64,000 nucleotides of DNA from Planktothrix sp. GU0601_MAG3. Lineage in GTDB: Bacteria; Cyanobacteriota; Cyanobacteriia; Cyanobacteriales; Microcoleaceae. A program made the translations under genes and the position numbers. The stretch covers positions 1,588,577 to 1,652,576 of the forward strand of contig CP136572.1 in assembly GCA_035193785.1 (NCBI GenBank). The letters are read 5' to 3'. The notes beneath the pieces are model-generated. The model saw nothing but the letters and a program-made list of their open reading frames with translations. It ran no database searches and was not told where the DNA came from. Below are positions 1-12,951 of the stretch, one piece after another (within the stretch, counting starts at the first letter, position 1; the number at the start of each line of letters is the position of its first letter).

Positions 1-424
<424 letters not shown>

Positions 425-435
425 CTACAATAAAA

Positions 436-457
436 GACTTCCCGGGGGTAGGAAGTC
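436..457 (-). terminator. Hairpin downstream of glgC (possible intrinsic terminator)
   Basis: GACTTCC...GGAAGTC stem followed by a T-run on the minus strand. Confidence 0.5.
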
Positions 458-496
458 CTCTAAATAAATGGATTGGGTTTTGTTTTCAGACCAACA

Positions 497-1786
497 TTAA
501 ATAACCGTATAGTCAGAAATCACTGCATTTTTCAGGATTACAATAATCCCACTACGGATATAAAATCCTAAGTCTTCCCGTTCCGCTTCTTCGATATCCT
601 CTTTGTTGATAATTTGGACATGGCGACCAATGCGAGCATTTTTATCAACAATCGCCTTCCGAATCACGGTATTAGAACCAATTCCCAAGGGAATTTCACC
701 TTCTTGTAAACCGGAAGAACGTTCCGAGAAGGGTTGATAGAAGTCCGAACCCATAAGTAGGGTATCTTCAATCACACAGCCCTCTTCCACCCGGGAACGT
801 AACCCCAAAACCGAATGGTCAATCCGACATTCTTTGAGAATACAACCTTCGGCAATAATGGATTCAGTAATCCGACAGTCTAGGATTTTTGTAGGCGGTA
901 AGTGACGAGACCGGCTATAAATGGGAGCTTTTTCATCATAGAAGCTAAAGCTGGGGTGGGGTTGTTGGGTTAAACCCAAATTGGCATGATAAAACGCTTC
1001 AATGGTTCCAATATCTTCCCAATAGTCTTTAAACAAAAAGGCTTGAACGTTTAAATTTCCCGATGCGTTGGGAATTACTTCTTTCCCGAAATCAGTTTCC
1101 TGGGGATTTTCGTCTAATAACTTAATCAAGGTGTCTTTGTTAAAGACATAAATCCCCATGGAGGCGATATAAGGATTTTCTTGGGCTTGTTCGGGAGATA
1201 AACCCAAGGCGGAGGTATCCACCCGCATTTCTTTGAGGGCGTCCCCTTTGGGTTTTTCGCTGAAACTAATCACCCGTCCAGAATCATCAAGTTTCATTAA
1301 CCCAAAATCCGAGGCCCGTTTTTCGTCAATGGGCAATACGGAAAGGGTAATATCCGCTTTGGTGTCTAAATGACGTTGGACAAATTCCCGATAGTCCATG
1401 CGGTAGAGATGGTCACCGGATAAAATCAGAAATTGGTCAACGTCCCATTCCTTCAGCAGCCACAAATACTGACGCACCGCATCTGCTGTACCCTGGAACC
1501 AATTCGGGTTTTGGGTGGTTTGTTGGGCGGCTAGGACTTCGGTAAAGCTATCATCAAAACCCGCGAAGTTATAGGCCCGGGCAATATGGCGGTTTAAGGA
1601 TGCTGAGTTAAATTGGGTTAAAACGTAGATTTTGAGAATTTCTGAATTAATACAGTTACTAATGGGGATATCAATTAACCGATATTTCCCGGCGATGGGA
1701 ACCGCAGGTTTGGCCCGCATTTTGGTTAAAGGATACAGGCGGCTTCCCGCGCCGCCACCGAGAATGATTGCTAAAACTCTTTTCAC
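497..1786 (-). CDS. glgC: Glucose-1-phosphate adenylyltransferase (ADP-glucose pyrophosphorylase)
   Basis: [45 protein letters not shown] motifs; 429 aa. Confidence 0.98.
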   Translation of the reverse strand: MKRVLAIILGGGAGSRLYPLTKMRAKPAVPIAGKYRLIDIPISNCINSEILKIYVLTQFNSASLNRHIARAYNFAGFDDSFTEVLAAQQTTQNPNWFQGTADAVRQYLWLLKEWDVDQFLILSGDHLYRMDYREFVQRHLDTKADITLSVLPIDEKRASDFGLMKLDDSGRVISFSEKPKGDALKEMRVDTSALGLSPEQAQENPYIASMGIYVFNKDTLIKLLDENPQETDFGKEVIPNASGNLNVQAFLFKDYWEDIGTIEAFYHANLGLTQQPHPSFSFYDEKAPIYSRSRHLPPTKILDCRITESIIAEGCILKECRIDHSVLGLRSRVEEGCVIEDTLLMGSDFYQPFSERSSGLQEGEIPLGIGSNTVIRKAIVDKNARIGRHVQIINKEDIEEAEREDLGFYIRSGIIVILKNAVISDYTVI

Positions 1787-2147
1787 AAAAAATTACCTCT
1801 CAACTGCCAATAGTCTTCCCAAGTCCAGTGTCCGACTGTACGGTACTCTTGACAAGGGGGGAGAGGCAAAACCGACCTTAAGTTTAGGTTAGGGTTAAGT
1901 TAGGAGGAAGGGATGACCGGGGCCAAAGAATTATTAAACAGTTATTGAATTTTAAGGGTTGAAAATTTTCTAGCTGTTTAGAATTGGATAATTTTTTATA
2001 TTTTTTTACCGGATTTATCGGGAGTCGTTTTGCCAATTTCAAGTTATACCAGAATAAACAGGATCATTTTTGATTCAGAACAGAGGATTTATGATGCCCC
2101 CATATTGGCATAGATCAAACAGCTATTGATAAACCAAAAAAAATGAG

Positions 2148-2198
2148 GATATTAAAGTTTTATTAATTCAAGAGTCAAATTAATAAAACTTTAATATC
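2148..2198. repeat. Perfect 21-bp AT-rich inverted repeat with 9-nt loop
   Basis: GATATTAAAGTTTTATTAATT (2148-2168) / AATTAATAAAACTTTAATATC (2178-2198). Confidence 0.9.
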
Positions 2199-2354
2199 TG
2201 ATTGGAATGATTGACTTGCTGGAGAGGTTAGCGATCGCCTAAAATTCAATAGCTAATTTCTAAGCTCGGTGCAGTTCAGCTAAATCGGATAACTTTGTAA
2301 AATTTTGCTTGATTTTAGCATTTATACTTATCATAATGTGATTAAAATTTATCT

Positions 2355-3818
2355 ATGTTAATAAAAACTCCAGATTGGGTTAAACACGCGGTATTCTATC
2401 AAATTTTTCCCGATCGCTTTGCCCAAGCAGCTATTCCGCGCCAAAAATTGTTAAAATCCGATCGCTGGGAACCATGGGATTTACCACCGAGTTTACAGGG
2501 ATATAAAGGAGGTAATTTATGGGGCGTGATTGAAAAATTAGATTATTTACAGGATTTGGGGATTAATGCGATTTATTTTACCCCTATTTTTCAATCGGCT
2601 TGTAATCATCGTTACCATACCCATGACTATTACCAAATTGACCCCATACTGGGGGGAAATACGGCTTTTAAGGAGTTATTAGATGCAGCCCATCAACGCC
2701 AGATTAAAATTGTTTTAGATGGAGTTTTTAACCATGCCAGTCGGGGCTTTTTCCAGTTCCATGATATTTTAGAAAATGGCCCCCATTCTCCTTGGTTAGA
2801 TTGGTTTAAAATTGAAGGTTGGCCGTTATCTGCCTATGATGGCAGTAAACCTGCTAATTATGTCGGTTGGATTGGAAATCGGGCTTTACCTCAATTCAAT
2901 CATGATCACCCTCAAGTGAGGGAATATATCATGGAAATTGCTGAATATTGGATTGATTTTGGGATTGATGGTTGGCGTTTAGATGTGCCTTTTGAGGTGA
3001 AAACTCCGGGTTTTTGGCAGGAATTTCGAGATAGAGTTAAGGCGATTAATCCAGAGGCTTATATTGTTGGGGAAGTGTGGGGAGATTCCCGAGAATGGTT
3101 AGATGGGAAGCAATTTGATGGGGTGATGAATTATTTATTTACCGCCCCAACTATTGCTTTTTCCGCCGGAAATCGTGTTAAAATGGAATTAGTCGAAGGC
3201 CCGTCTTATTTTCCTTATCCGGCTCTATCTGCTAAGGAATATGGGGAAAAAATACAAGATTTATTAGCGTTATATCCTTGGGAAATTCAACTAACTCAAT
3301 TAAATTTACTCGATAGCCATGATACCGCCCGATTAATTAGTGTGGCGGGAGGCGACCAAGCTAGTGTTGAATTAGCAACTTTATTGTTATTTACCTTTCC
3401 GGGCGCACCTAGTATTTATTACGGGGATGAAGTCGGGTTGGAAGGACAACTTGACCCCGACTCTCGCCGCAGTTTTCCGATGCCAGATTCTTGGGATCAG
3501 GATATTTTAGCATATCATAAAAAACTGATTTCTATTCGTCACCAATATCCGGCTTTAAGAACAGGTTCTTATCAGATATTATATGCTGAAGGAGTGGTTT
3601 ATGGATTTGTTCGATGTTTAGACAATCAGGAATTAATTGTTATGGTGAATGCGGGAACAGAATCAGCTAAAATTAATTTTACGGTTACTGATTTAAAGAC
3701 TCGTCCTAATCAGTTAATTTATGGCGCGGGTAAATTCAGTTGGAAACCAGAAAATCACACCACAGAATTAGAGGTCTATCTTCCTCCCCGTCAAGGAATA
3801 ATTTTAGCCAATTCTTAG
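2355..3818 (+). CDS. GH13 neopullulanase/cyclomaltodextrinase-like alpha-amylase
   Basis: YQIFPDRF, DGVFNH, DGWRLDV, GEVW, LDSHD conserved GH13 regions. Confidence 0.93.
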   Translation: MLIKTPDWVKHAVFYQIFPDRFAQAAIPRQKLLKSDRWEPWDLPPSLQGYKGGNLWGVIEKLDYLQDLGINAIYFTPIFQSACNHRYHTHDYYQIDPILGGNTAFKELLDAAHQRQIKIVLDGVFNHASRGFFQFHDILENGPHSPWLDWFKIEGWPLSAYDGSKPANYVGWIGNRALPQFNHDHPQVREYIMEIAEYWIDFGIDGWRLDVPFEVKTPGFWQEFRDRVKAINPEAYIVGEVWGDSREWLDGKQFDGVMNYLFTAPTIAFSAGNRVKMELVEGPSYFPYPALSAKEYGEKIQDLLALYPWEIQLTQLNLLDSHDTARLISVAGGDQASVELATLLLFTFPGAPSIYYGDEVGLEGQLDPDSRRSFPMPDSWDQDILAYHKKLISIRHQYPALRTGSYQILYAEGVVYGFVRCLDNQELIVMVNAGTESAKINFTVTDLKTRPNQLIYGAGKFSWKPENHTTELEVYLPPRQGIILANS

Positions 3819-4060
3819 TTTTCTAGGCAAACATAAAGAGATAATGGGCAATTAGGAAATCGGCAATAACCAATGGTGATTGATTTTTCTAATAAGATCA
3901 ATAATCATTCTAATTGCCGATGGGAACTTCATTTATTCAAGATTCTATATCTTCACCATTGCCCATTGCCCATTACCCCTTGCCCATTCCCTATTCCCTA
4001 TTTTTTACCTTATAATAACAAATCTACATTGAGTCCAATTATTAATAATAATATCAGATT

Positions 4061-5261
4061 ATGACCCAAGATTCCCCATCCATGCTAGAAAGAATTAAAG
4101 ATATTACTACAACGTTATCCCCTCGGTTAATTGAGATTCGTCGCCATATTCATGCCCATCCAGAACTCAGTGGTCAAGAATATCAAACCTCCGCTTATGT
4201 CGCCGGGGTGTTGTCCTCCTGTGGGATTAAGGTGCAAGAAGGTATAGGGAAAACGGGAGTCGTGGGGGAATTCAAAGGAAATACCGCCAACCCCCGTTGG
4301 TTTGCGATTCGCACCGATATGGATGCCCTGCCCATGACCGAATTAACCGGGTTAGAGTATGCTTCTCGACAAATGGGAGTGATGCACGCTTGCGGACACG
4401 ATTTGCACACCACGTTAGGGTTAGGCGCGGCGATGGTATTATCTCAGTTAGGCAAGGATTTTCCCGGGAAAGTAAGGTTTCTTTTCCAACCTGCGGAAGA
4501 AATTGCGAAAGGAGCGACCTGGATGGTGCATGATAACGTCATGGAGGACGTGGCAGCGATTTTGGGGGTTTCATGTCTTCCCCAGTATTCCCGCCGGGTG
4601 TGTGGGGCTGCGACCGGGGGCGTTAACGGCGGCGGCGGATGATTTGGAATTAACTATTATCGGGGAGTCGGGTCACGGGGCACGCCCCCATGAAGCTAAG
4701 GATGCAATTTGGATCGCGGCCCAGGTAATTACAATGTTACAACAGGCGATTAGTCGCACCCAAAACCCTTTAAGACCTGTGGTTTTATCCATTGGTCAAA
4801 TTATGGGCGGACGCGCACCTAATATTATTGCGGATCAGGTTAAACTATTAGGAACGGTGCGATCGCTTCACCCTGAAACCTACGAAACTTTACCCGGTTG
4901 GATAGAACAAATTGTTGCTAATATCTGCCAAATGTACGGCGCAAATTATGAGTTAAATTATCGTCGGGGTGTTCCCTCGGTGCAGAATGATCCGATGTTA
5001 ACTCAAATTGTCGAAGAAAGTGTTAGAGAGGCTTTTGGGTCTGGTGCGGTTGTAAATTTACCCGAACCCTCTTTAGGGGCGGAGGATTTTTCTGTCTATT
5101 TAGATTATGCACCCGGCATGATGTTTCGGTTGGGAGTCGGACACAAAAATAAACATAATCATCCCCTACATCATCCTAAGTTTGAAGTTGATGAATCGGC
5201 AATTATTACGGGGGTGGTAACTTTAGCTTATTCCGCCTATAAATTTTGCCAGAAACAATGA
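4061..5261 (+). CDS. M20 amidohydrolase (N-acyl-L-amino acid amidohydrolase); +1 frameshift at GTTTC 4568-4572, likely sequencing error
   Basis: HAHPELS, RTDMDALP, HACGHD, FQPAEE, GHGARPH, GAEDF, LHHPKF spread over two overlapping ORFs. Confidence 0.92.
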
Positions 5262-5298
5262 GCAATGGAGAAAAATTAATTAATATAAACTCCACACC

Positions 5299-7491
5299 CT
5301 AATTTTCCGTTTCAGGAGTAGAACCAAAATAGGGGTCTGGAGTTCCGATCCAGTTAAAATCACTAATTCTGAGATTAATACTCCCAATCCGACGCACCGG
5401 ATTAATCCTCAGAATCAACCCATAACTACGGCGACTATATTCTAAGGTGAATTCATTATTTAATGATAAACCATTATCCAAATTAACCGCCGATTCAACC
5501 CCAGCCCTTAACCCCCCATAAAGTTGTTGCACTAATCCCATACTTAATACCCGTTGATCGACTAAACGATCGAACAAAAAAGGCGATTGTCCATCCAATA
5601 TTACTTGAGTATAAAATAGGCTAAACCCCGTATAGTCTAAAAAGTCTTTAGAAAAATGACCTAATTGTCCTTGCACTCCTACCGAGGTACTCAGATAGGA
5701 TTGGGAATAATCTTGACTATATTGGGTGGTGACTCCTCTGGTAATTAATGCTAATTGTACGAAGGGAATCACGGGTCGAGGGGTATACCGCAAACCTTCC
5801 GTGGCCGTTGCTGGTAAGCCTTCTCCCCGCCATAATAAAACTGGGTAAATTAACGTTCCTAACGCCTCATAACGATCTAAATTGACTCGATTATTCAGAC
5901 GATCGGGTTTTAATAATTCCGGGCGATCGCTATCAGCAGTTACCGATTGATAGGAGGTTTGAAAGCTAAAGGTAGCCCCCTGTTCATTTAACCGAATCTT
6001 AGGAGAAGTCAGCACCGTCCCTAAACTACTCCAAATGGTACGATATCCTAAAGTGCCATTAAATAAACGGTTGCGATAACTATATTCTCCGTTGAGAGCA
6101 AACCCAGCCCCCAATTGTTGGCGGACTCGGATACTGCTGCGAAGGGCTTTTTCATTCAGATCGGGGAAATTTTCCAGGGTATTTATGGATAAAAACCCAC
6201 TTAATTGAGTTGTGGGGGTAATTGATCCCGAAATCTTGGCTTCCAACCCCAAGGTTTGAGGATCGAAGGGGATGACACTCTCTTGAAAAGCCCGTTGGAG
6301 TAACAATCGAGGCGCCACTTGTAGGGTCAAGGGGCCCAGGGGAACAGAGGGCAGATTGCCTTGAATATAATATCCCCCAAAATCCTTGAGATCATAACCA
6401 AAGGAAAAGGGGAGGGGTTCTTTTTGGGTTCGATCAATGACGGTATACGTTCTCGAAATAGGGGGACGTTAACGGATTGATCCAGCACCAGCCGGGATTT
6501 GGTGGTGATCAGTTCATCCCGCAGGGGTGAAACCCTTGTAAATCGGGCGGTATCGGCTCTTAATTCCAGTTCTGGGGGGGAAAAGGGATCGTTGGTCAGT
6601 CGCACCTGTTGGGCTTCCCATCCCCCATCCCCAAACAGATCAATTCGTTCGGCGGCGAATCGGAGCCGATTTACACTGCCTTGCACCCCGAAGGAATCGC
6701 CCCCTCCGGCGGAGATGGAGGCATTTAATCCCCCATCGGCTTTGACTTTTTCTAGGGGTTGGGCGGCGGTAATTCGGTCGCTAATCGGGGCATTTAGTGG
6801 GGAGGTGACACCTGTGGTGAGGGGGTCAACCACGGTTAAATCGGTGGTGGCGGAGGGGGTATAAACAACGCCGTTGGCTTGGTACACCGACCCGGTGGCG
6901 GCAACGAAGTTATAGTCCATGCGATCGCCCCTAATTACCTGCTCTCCCCGGGTAAGGGCTACATTCCCTTGAGCCGTGACTTGACGGGTATTTAGGTTAA
7001 CTTGGGCTTGCTCCGCATTGATTAAGGACTGGCGAAACCGCACCATCACGTTCCCCTGGGCGGTGACGATTTGCCTTTGTTGATCATATTCTTGCCGATC
7101 GGCGGTGATTTCGACAATATCGGCGGGGGTGGGAACTGGAATAACTGTGGATTCTTGGGTTGGGGTTTTAGGGGGAGTGACAACTATTGTGTTACAGGGT
7201 GTCTCACAGGAATTATCGCTATTGGGAAAGGAAAAGGAGGCATCAAACCGATATGGATTCTCGGTTAAGGGTTGGCCGGCTTCTCTGGTAACTGTTGACC
7301 CCAGCAGTTCTGCGGATAGGGGGTCGGTTGCCTGAATTTGATATTCAGGTAAAGGATAGCTGATGGTGCTCTGGGTTTTTACCCGGGAAGATATTTGTGC
7401 TTCTAATCCAATTATCCCCGTTTCAGTGGTCTGTGGTTGGGGAAGATGACGAATAATTGCGGGTGGTTTCAGGTGGTGGCGGGTAAGGCAT
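5299..7491 (-). CDS. LptD/OstA-like outer-membrane LPS-assembly protein (DUF3769 type); two apparent frameshifts (~7466, ~6450)
   Basis: OstA-like region (ADRQEYDQQRQIVTAQGNV..., TNDPFSPPELELRA) and a beta-barrel-like C-terminus; ATG at 7491 joins the 7049 frame after removing one base. Confidence 0.8.
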
Positions 7492-7700
7492 ACTTGCTGT
7501 AACGGAATTCCACGAAATAGCCAGAACTCGACCCCTTTAGGGAACAGGTCAAAACAATGTCATTAGCGATCATCCCTATGGGTTGATTACTAATGACAAT
7601 TCAAGTTTTTATCATATCAGGGATTTTGTTCACAGAGGTTGTCGGCATTCTGTTTTGATTATTATGCCCCAACTTCTGTTGAGACAACTTCCATGTTTCT

Positions 7701-7817
7701 CTACTCTAAGTCTCTGCGTTTGGGGTTCCGGGCTGGGTCATTGGACAGGAAACCAAACACGAATAAACTAAAGAAGAACAGAACTACGATATTAACTACG
7801 ATTTTTAGGGTCAGCAT
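7701..7817 (-). CDS. psbI: Photosystem II reaction centre protein I (38 aa)
   Basis: Manual translation [38 protein letters not shown]; below the ORF-track length cutoff. Confidence 0.97.
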   Translation of the reverse strand: MLTLKIVVNIVVLFFFSLFVFGFLSNDPARNPKRRDLE

Positions 7818-8050
7818 TTGTGAATTTCTCCGAGGCTGCAAGAGTTTATTTATAGCTGTTATGCCGGAAGCACAACTTTACCATCATATCCCAAAATCTC
7901 CTCCGCTTTAAGGATTCTTTTTCTACCCCCTTGACATCGGGTGCTTTTGTGTTATTATTACAATGGGGATTCTATACGCGCCTACAAGGTATTTTTTGAT
8001 TCTAGCACCCGCCCAAAGGATTGGAACAGTTACGATACAGTCCCATTACC

Positions 8051-8140
8051 GATCACGGATTCAGGCGGATTTCACGGATTTCACGGATTTTAATCTGTGT
8101 TAATCTGCGTAATCCTCTTAAATCCGTGATCCGTGATCCC
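8051..8140. repeat. Dispersed intergenic repeat built of CACGGAT(TT) units with palindromic ends, copy 1
   Basis: GATCACGGAT...TTCACGGATTTCACGGAT...AATCTGTGTTAATCTGC.TAATCCTCTTA...ATCCGTGATC; near-identical core at 16575-16646. Confidence 0.85.
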
Positions 8141-8152
8141 CTCTACAGAATT

Positions 8153-9568
8153 TTACTGGTAATGAGTTAACCAATACCAAGTTTTAGCGATCGCCTCCTC
8201 AACTTTCACCATCACCTGATCTAACCATCCTAAAATCTTCTCTAGGGGATGTTTAATATATCCGGTTGATGTCACACTGGCTTCTAGCCAGTCGGGGGTG
8301 TGGGTCGCCGTTGCGGTTTTTTTGGATTCTTTAACACATTTTTGCGTTTTTGTCAAGGGGTATTGAGAAGTAGTTGGAATTAAACCGCTATTTTCGGCGG
8401 TTGTTGGTGGGGGGACGCGGTTTAAGGAAGATTGAAGTTTCTGAAAAATCCGATTATTTTCGATAGGGTTATTCTGGGTTTTAGGTTTTTTGAGTTTGGA
8501 TAAAATATTATTTGTCCGAGTATCAATACTTGACCAGGGGTCTTCCGGGGAAGCAGAAGATTGGGAAGCGGAAATTACCCCAGAATATGCTTCGGGAATA
8601 TGGTCAGAATTAATAGTATGCTGACGGTCTTGGAAGAAATAATCTATCGCAGCTAGAATTAGGGACTGCACTTTATAAAAATATTGATCAAAACCCGTTT
8701 CTAAGGAAGATGAAGATACTGATTTTACGGATAAATGGGGATATTGCCAAGTTTGAATTACGGTTTTTCCCAGGGTTTGACTTTGTTGGACTAAGCTATG
8801 GGTAGCTTGGGAGAGGGGAATAATCGAATAATCTTCGACTTGCGCGATCGCCGTATCTAGGGTATGAATAAAGGTAGGAGAGGGCTGGGGGAAAGAAACC
8901 GACTTAACAAAATTAGACTCTCCAAAACAATTAAGTTTTACTGCTATGGGACTGGTTTGTACCCAACATAGGACTTGCCAAAACCCCCGAATCGGAGATA
9001 CAACATGAATAGGATGGCTAAAAGGTTTCAACTGTGGCTGAAAGGGTTTGGGAGCTTGTGCTAAATTTCGATAAAAATAGTAATATTCCGCGACTTCTAA
9101 ACTAATTTGTTGTTGAAGCTGATGTTGTTGTTCAACGGTGAGACTATCTAAAATTTGATTATCTTTTTGGACTAAGACTAGGGTTTGGGAATCAATTTGA
9201 CTGGCTATCCCTTGAATTTCTCCTGCTGCGGGTTGGGAAGTTATCGAATTTTCAAATAGAGACTCGGCTTCGGTGGTAACTGTATTGAGAATATGAATAA
9301 TCGGAGTATCAACATTAGGAGCTTGGGACTTGACCCCAGAATTGAGTTGGGGTAAATGCTGTTTAATCGCCGTCCCTAATTTTTGGCTAGTGACTCGAAC
9401 GCTTTGCAGGATAAAATAAACTGGATATAATGCTGTTTGCAGAGCAATATCCGTGGCGAACTTAAAATAACGCCAAGCCCGACTGCCCTCATCGGTAAGT
9501 TTCTGTGCGCCACCAGAGATAAAATTAAGGAATCGACTTTTGTATGGCCCGGATTCAGCAAAAGACAT
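8153..9568 (-). CDS. Hypothetical cyanobacterial protein
   Basis: 471-aa ORF with a conserved-looking N-terminus (SGPYKSRFLNF) and C-terminus (GYIKHPLEKILGWLD); no function recognised. Confidence 0.75.
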   Translation of the reverse strand: MSFAESGPYKSRFLNFISGGAQKLTDEGSRAWRYFKFATDIALQTALYPVYFILQSVRVTSQKLGTAIKQHLPQLNSGVKSQAPNVDTPIIHILNTVTTEAESLFENSITSQPAAGEIQGIASQIDSQTLVLVQKDNQILDSLTVEQQHQLQQQISLEVAEYYYFYRNLAQAPKPFQPQLKPFSHPIHVVSPIRGFWQVLCWVQTSPIAVKLNCFGESNFVKSVSFPQPSPTFIHTLDTAIAQVEDYSIIPLSQATHSLVQQSQTLGKTVIQTWQYPHLSVKSVSSSSLETGFDQYFYKVQSLILAAIDYFFQDRQHTINSDHIPEAYSGVISASQSSASPEDPWSSIDTRTNNILSKLKKPKTQNNPIENNRIFQKLQSSLNRVPPPTTAENSGLIPTTSQYPLTKTQKCVKESKKTATATHTPDWLEASVTSTGYIKHPLEKILGWLDQVMVKVEEAIAKTWYWLTHYQ

Positions 9569-9617
9569 GGTTATATCAAGTTTGATCGATATTCTCCCCT
9601 ATTAACTATAACAGTAA

Positions 9618-12600
9618 ATGTCTTTTTCTACCCCTACCCTCCAATTACAGATTTCGGAAGTTGCTCAACGGTTACGTCTGTTGACTCAAATTAATCTGCA
9701 ACCCCATTGGCAAGTTATCAACCCTGGGGAGTCTGAGTACCCAGTGGAAATCAATGAAAAAGGACATATTCCTTGGGTGGCGGGAAAACAGGTTTTGAAA
9801 TTAAGACAAAAAATTATAGTTCCCGGGGAGTTACAGGGTTATCCGTTAACGGGTTTAAATTTAAGATTGGTATTAAGTTGGTGGGCTCAGGATGTACAAA
9901 TCTATATTAATCATCAATTTGTACAAGCTGGAGATCTGTTTGATAGTTATACCCGAATTTTATTAAGTTCGGCGGTACAGCCTGGGGATGAATTTGAAAT
10001 AGAGTTATTTTTAATTAGTCCGGGTCACGACCGAGGAGCATTAGTTAATTCCTACTGTTGGTATGAAGTTTCGGACACCGCCAAAATTGATCCGAGTTTC
10101 TTAGCGGACGAGTTAGAAATTTTAGGACTATTTTTAGCATCGGAAAATCACCAACCCGACCTAGAAACCGACTTAACTTCCCTAGGGGCGATTTTAGATA
10201 TTATTTCTGGCTATATCCTTCCCCAAAATCTTATTGAATTTGAAAATAGCCTCAGCCAAGTTCGTCAGATCTTAAAATCAGTTATTCCTAAATTAGACTC
10301 CTATCAAATTAGCTTACTCGGTCACGCCCATTTAGATTTAGCTTGGCTATGGCCGATAACAGAAACCTGGATAGTCGCACAAAAAACCTTTGAGTCCGTT
10401 TTGCAATTACAAACCGACTTTCCCGAATTAATCTTTTGTCATTCCTCCCCTATTCTCTATGAATGGATAGAAAAACATCGCCCCGATTTATTTAGTCAAA
10501 TTCAAGATAATATTCAAAAAGGAATCTGGGAAATCGCCGCCGGACTCTGGGTAGAACCAGAATTGAATATTATTAATGGAGAATCTATCGTCCGTCAGGT
10601 ATTATACGGACAGCGATATGTTTTAGAAAAAATGGGTCAACTTTCCGCCGTGGCTTGGCTACCCGATACCTTCGGTTTTTGTTGGCAATTACCCCAAATA
10701 TTCCAACAGGGCGGTATTGACTATTTTATTACCCAAAAACTGCGCTGGAATGATACAACTAAATTTCCCTACGGGTTGTTTGAATGGCAAGGGTTAGATG
10801 GCACAAAAATTGTTAGTTTTATGACCGCTTTAATTGGAGAACGGGTTGACCCGGTGAAGATGTTCAAATATGCCCGGGAATGGAAAAACCAAACGGGATT
10901 AAATCAGAGTTTATGGTTACCCGGAGTCGGAGATCATGGAGGCGGGCCGACCCGTGATATGTTGGAAGTAACTCGACGCTGGAATCAATCTGCTATTTTT
11001 CCAGAGTTTAAGTTTCAAAAGGTCACAGACTATTTAACAGAAGTCCTGAATCATGCCCCCGCACCCCTTCCAATTTGGCAGGATGAATTATACTTAGAAT
11101 TCCATCGCGGTTGCTATACTACCCACGCAGATCAAAAACGGTTTAATCGTCGGGGAGAAACCCTATTATATGAAGCAGAACTGTTTGCAACTATAGCCAC
11201 CCTTTACTCCGGTTCTATTTATCCCCAAAGGGAAATAGAAACTGCTTGGAAGCAAATTTTGTTAAACCAATTTCACGATATCCTGCCCGGAACTGCCATT
11301 AATGCGGTCTACGAACAGGCAAATCAAGATTGGGAAACCGCCATCAAAACCGCCGAGGAAATTCTCCACCAGTCCTTAGATGCCCTTGTTGCCTCTATTT
11401 CTGTTAACTTCCCCTCCCAACCCGACGCCCAACCGATTTTTATCTTTAATTCCCTGAACTGGTCGCGCTCAGAAGTCGTGGCTGTGCCTATTCCTAATTC
11501 CGATAGCTGTTGGCAAATTTATGATTCCCAGGGAATACCCCAAACCGCCCAACCGAGGGGGGAAGGGTCGGAAAACCCACAACTACTATTCCTGGCAAAA
11601 AATGTTCCGAGCCTGGGATATCAGGTCTATTGGTTGGGGCGCAAACAGGCTGAAACCCTTGAAATCTCCCAGAAAAACCCTGATATACCCTATATGGGCA
11701 CACCTATTTCTAATTATACTGAAAGTATAGCAGAAAAAAACGAGGTTGTCAAATATTATCAGTTAGAACCTCAAAAGATTAGCTTTGAAAACGATATTTT
11801 GCGGGTAATTGTAGATAGGGAAACCGGAAATTTAGAACAGGTTTTCGACTTAATTAATCAAAGAAATATCCTCCAACCAGGACAGGGAAATCAATTACAA
11901 GTCTTTGCAGATTCAGGACAATATTGGGATGGGTGGAATATTAACCCTAATTATCAACAATATCCCCTAAATTCACCGCAATTAGAATCAATTGAATGGA
12001 TAGAATCAGGGCCGATAGTTTGGCGGTTGAGAATTATTAAACGATTAAATCAATCAGAGTTTTGCCAGAATTATATTTTAGAACAAGGTTCACCCCAATT
12101 AAAAATAGAAACCACCGTCAATTGGCAAGAACGTCATACTTTAATTAAAGTCGCCTTTCCCCTAACTATTGCTGCGGATTATGCGAGTTATGAAATTCCC
12201 TGTGGAGTGATTCAACGACCTACTAACCCCCAAACCGATCAAGAAAAAGCTAAATGGGAAGTTCCGGCTATTCATTGGGCAGATATTAGTACATCGGATT
12301 ATGGAATTAGTCTATTAAATGATAGCAAATATGGTTATGATGCTCAACCCGACCAACTGCGATTAACCTTATTAAGAGGTTTCAACCTGGCCAGACCCAG
12401 AAGCGGATTTAGGATGGCATCAATTTAGTTATGCCATTTATCCCCATGGGGGAGATTGGAAACAAGCAAAAACTGTTCAAAAGGGCTATGAATTTAATCG
12501 TCCCTTACAGGTTAAAGTCTATCCTTCCCGACCCTCAACCACTAATTTAGAATCATCAGGTTGTCAGAGTTTCCTAGAGTTAGGGTCTGATCATTTAATT

Positions 12601-12813
12601 TTAATGGCATTCAAACATTCAGAAACTAAGTCCCAAGAATGGATATTAAGATGTTATGAATGTCAGGGAGAAGAAACTATGTTAGAATTGAAGAATAATC
12701 TGGGATTAACTATAGATTATTCTGTCAATATATTAGAACAACCCCAGGAAACAACTGTTTCTATATCTCCTTGGAAAATAGTTAGTTTTGCTCTAAGTTC
12801 TAGGAATAATTAG
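9618..12813 (+). CDS. Alpha-mannosidase, GH38; +1 frameshift at GTTTC 12379-12383
   Basis: GHAHLDLAWLW, WLPDTFG, GDHGGGP, ELYLEFHRG, NQFHDILPG, LLNDSKYG; continues in the 12604 frame. Confidence 0.93.
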
Positions 12814-12890
12814 ATATAGTGATAAACAATAAGCAATCTTGCTATGTAGGATTTATGATCAAAATTCAAAATATAGAACCACACCCTATG

Positions 12891-12923
12891 CCCTCCCCTT
12901 AGCAAGAGGAGGGTTGGGAGAGG
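12891..12923. repeat. Short palindromic REP-like element
   Basis: CCCTCCCCTT-AGC-AAGAGGAGGG hairpin followed by TTGGGAGAGG, between convergent genes. Confidence 0.55.
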
Positions 12924-12951
12924 TCGAGATAAATATTACAACGGATTTAGA

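Noticed and set aside
7583..7911. + strand ORFs of 62 and 90 aa
   Set aside because: Antisense to psbI, with no recognisable motifs.
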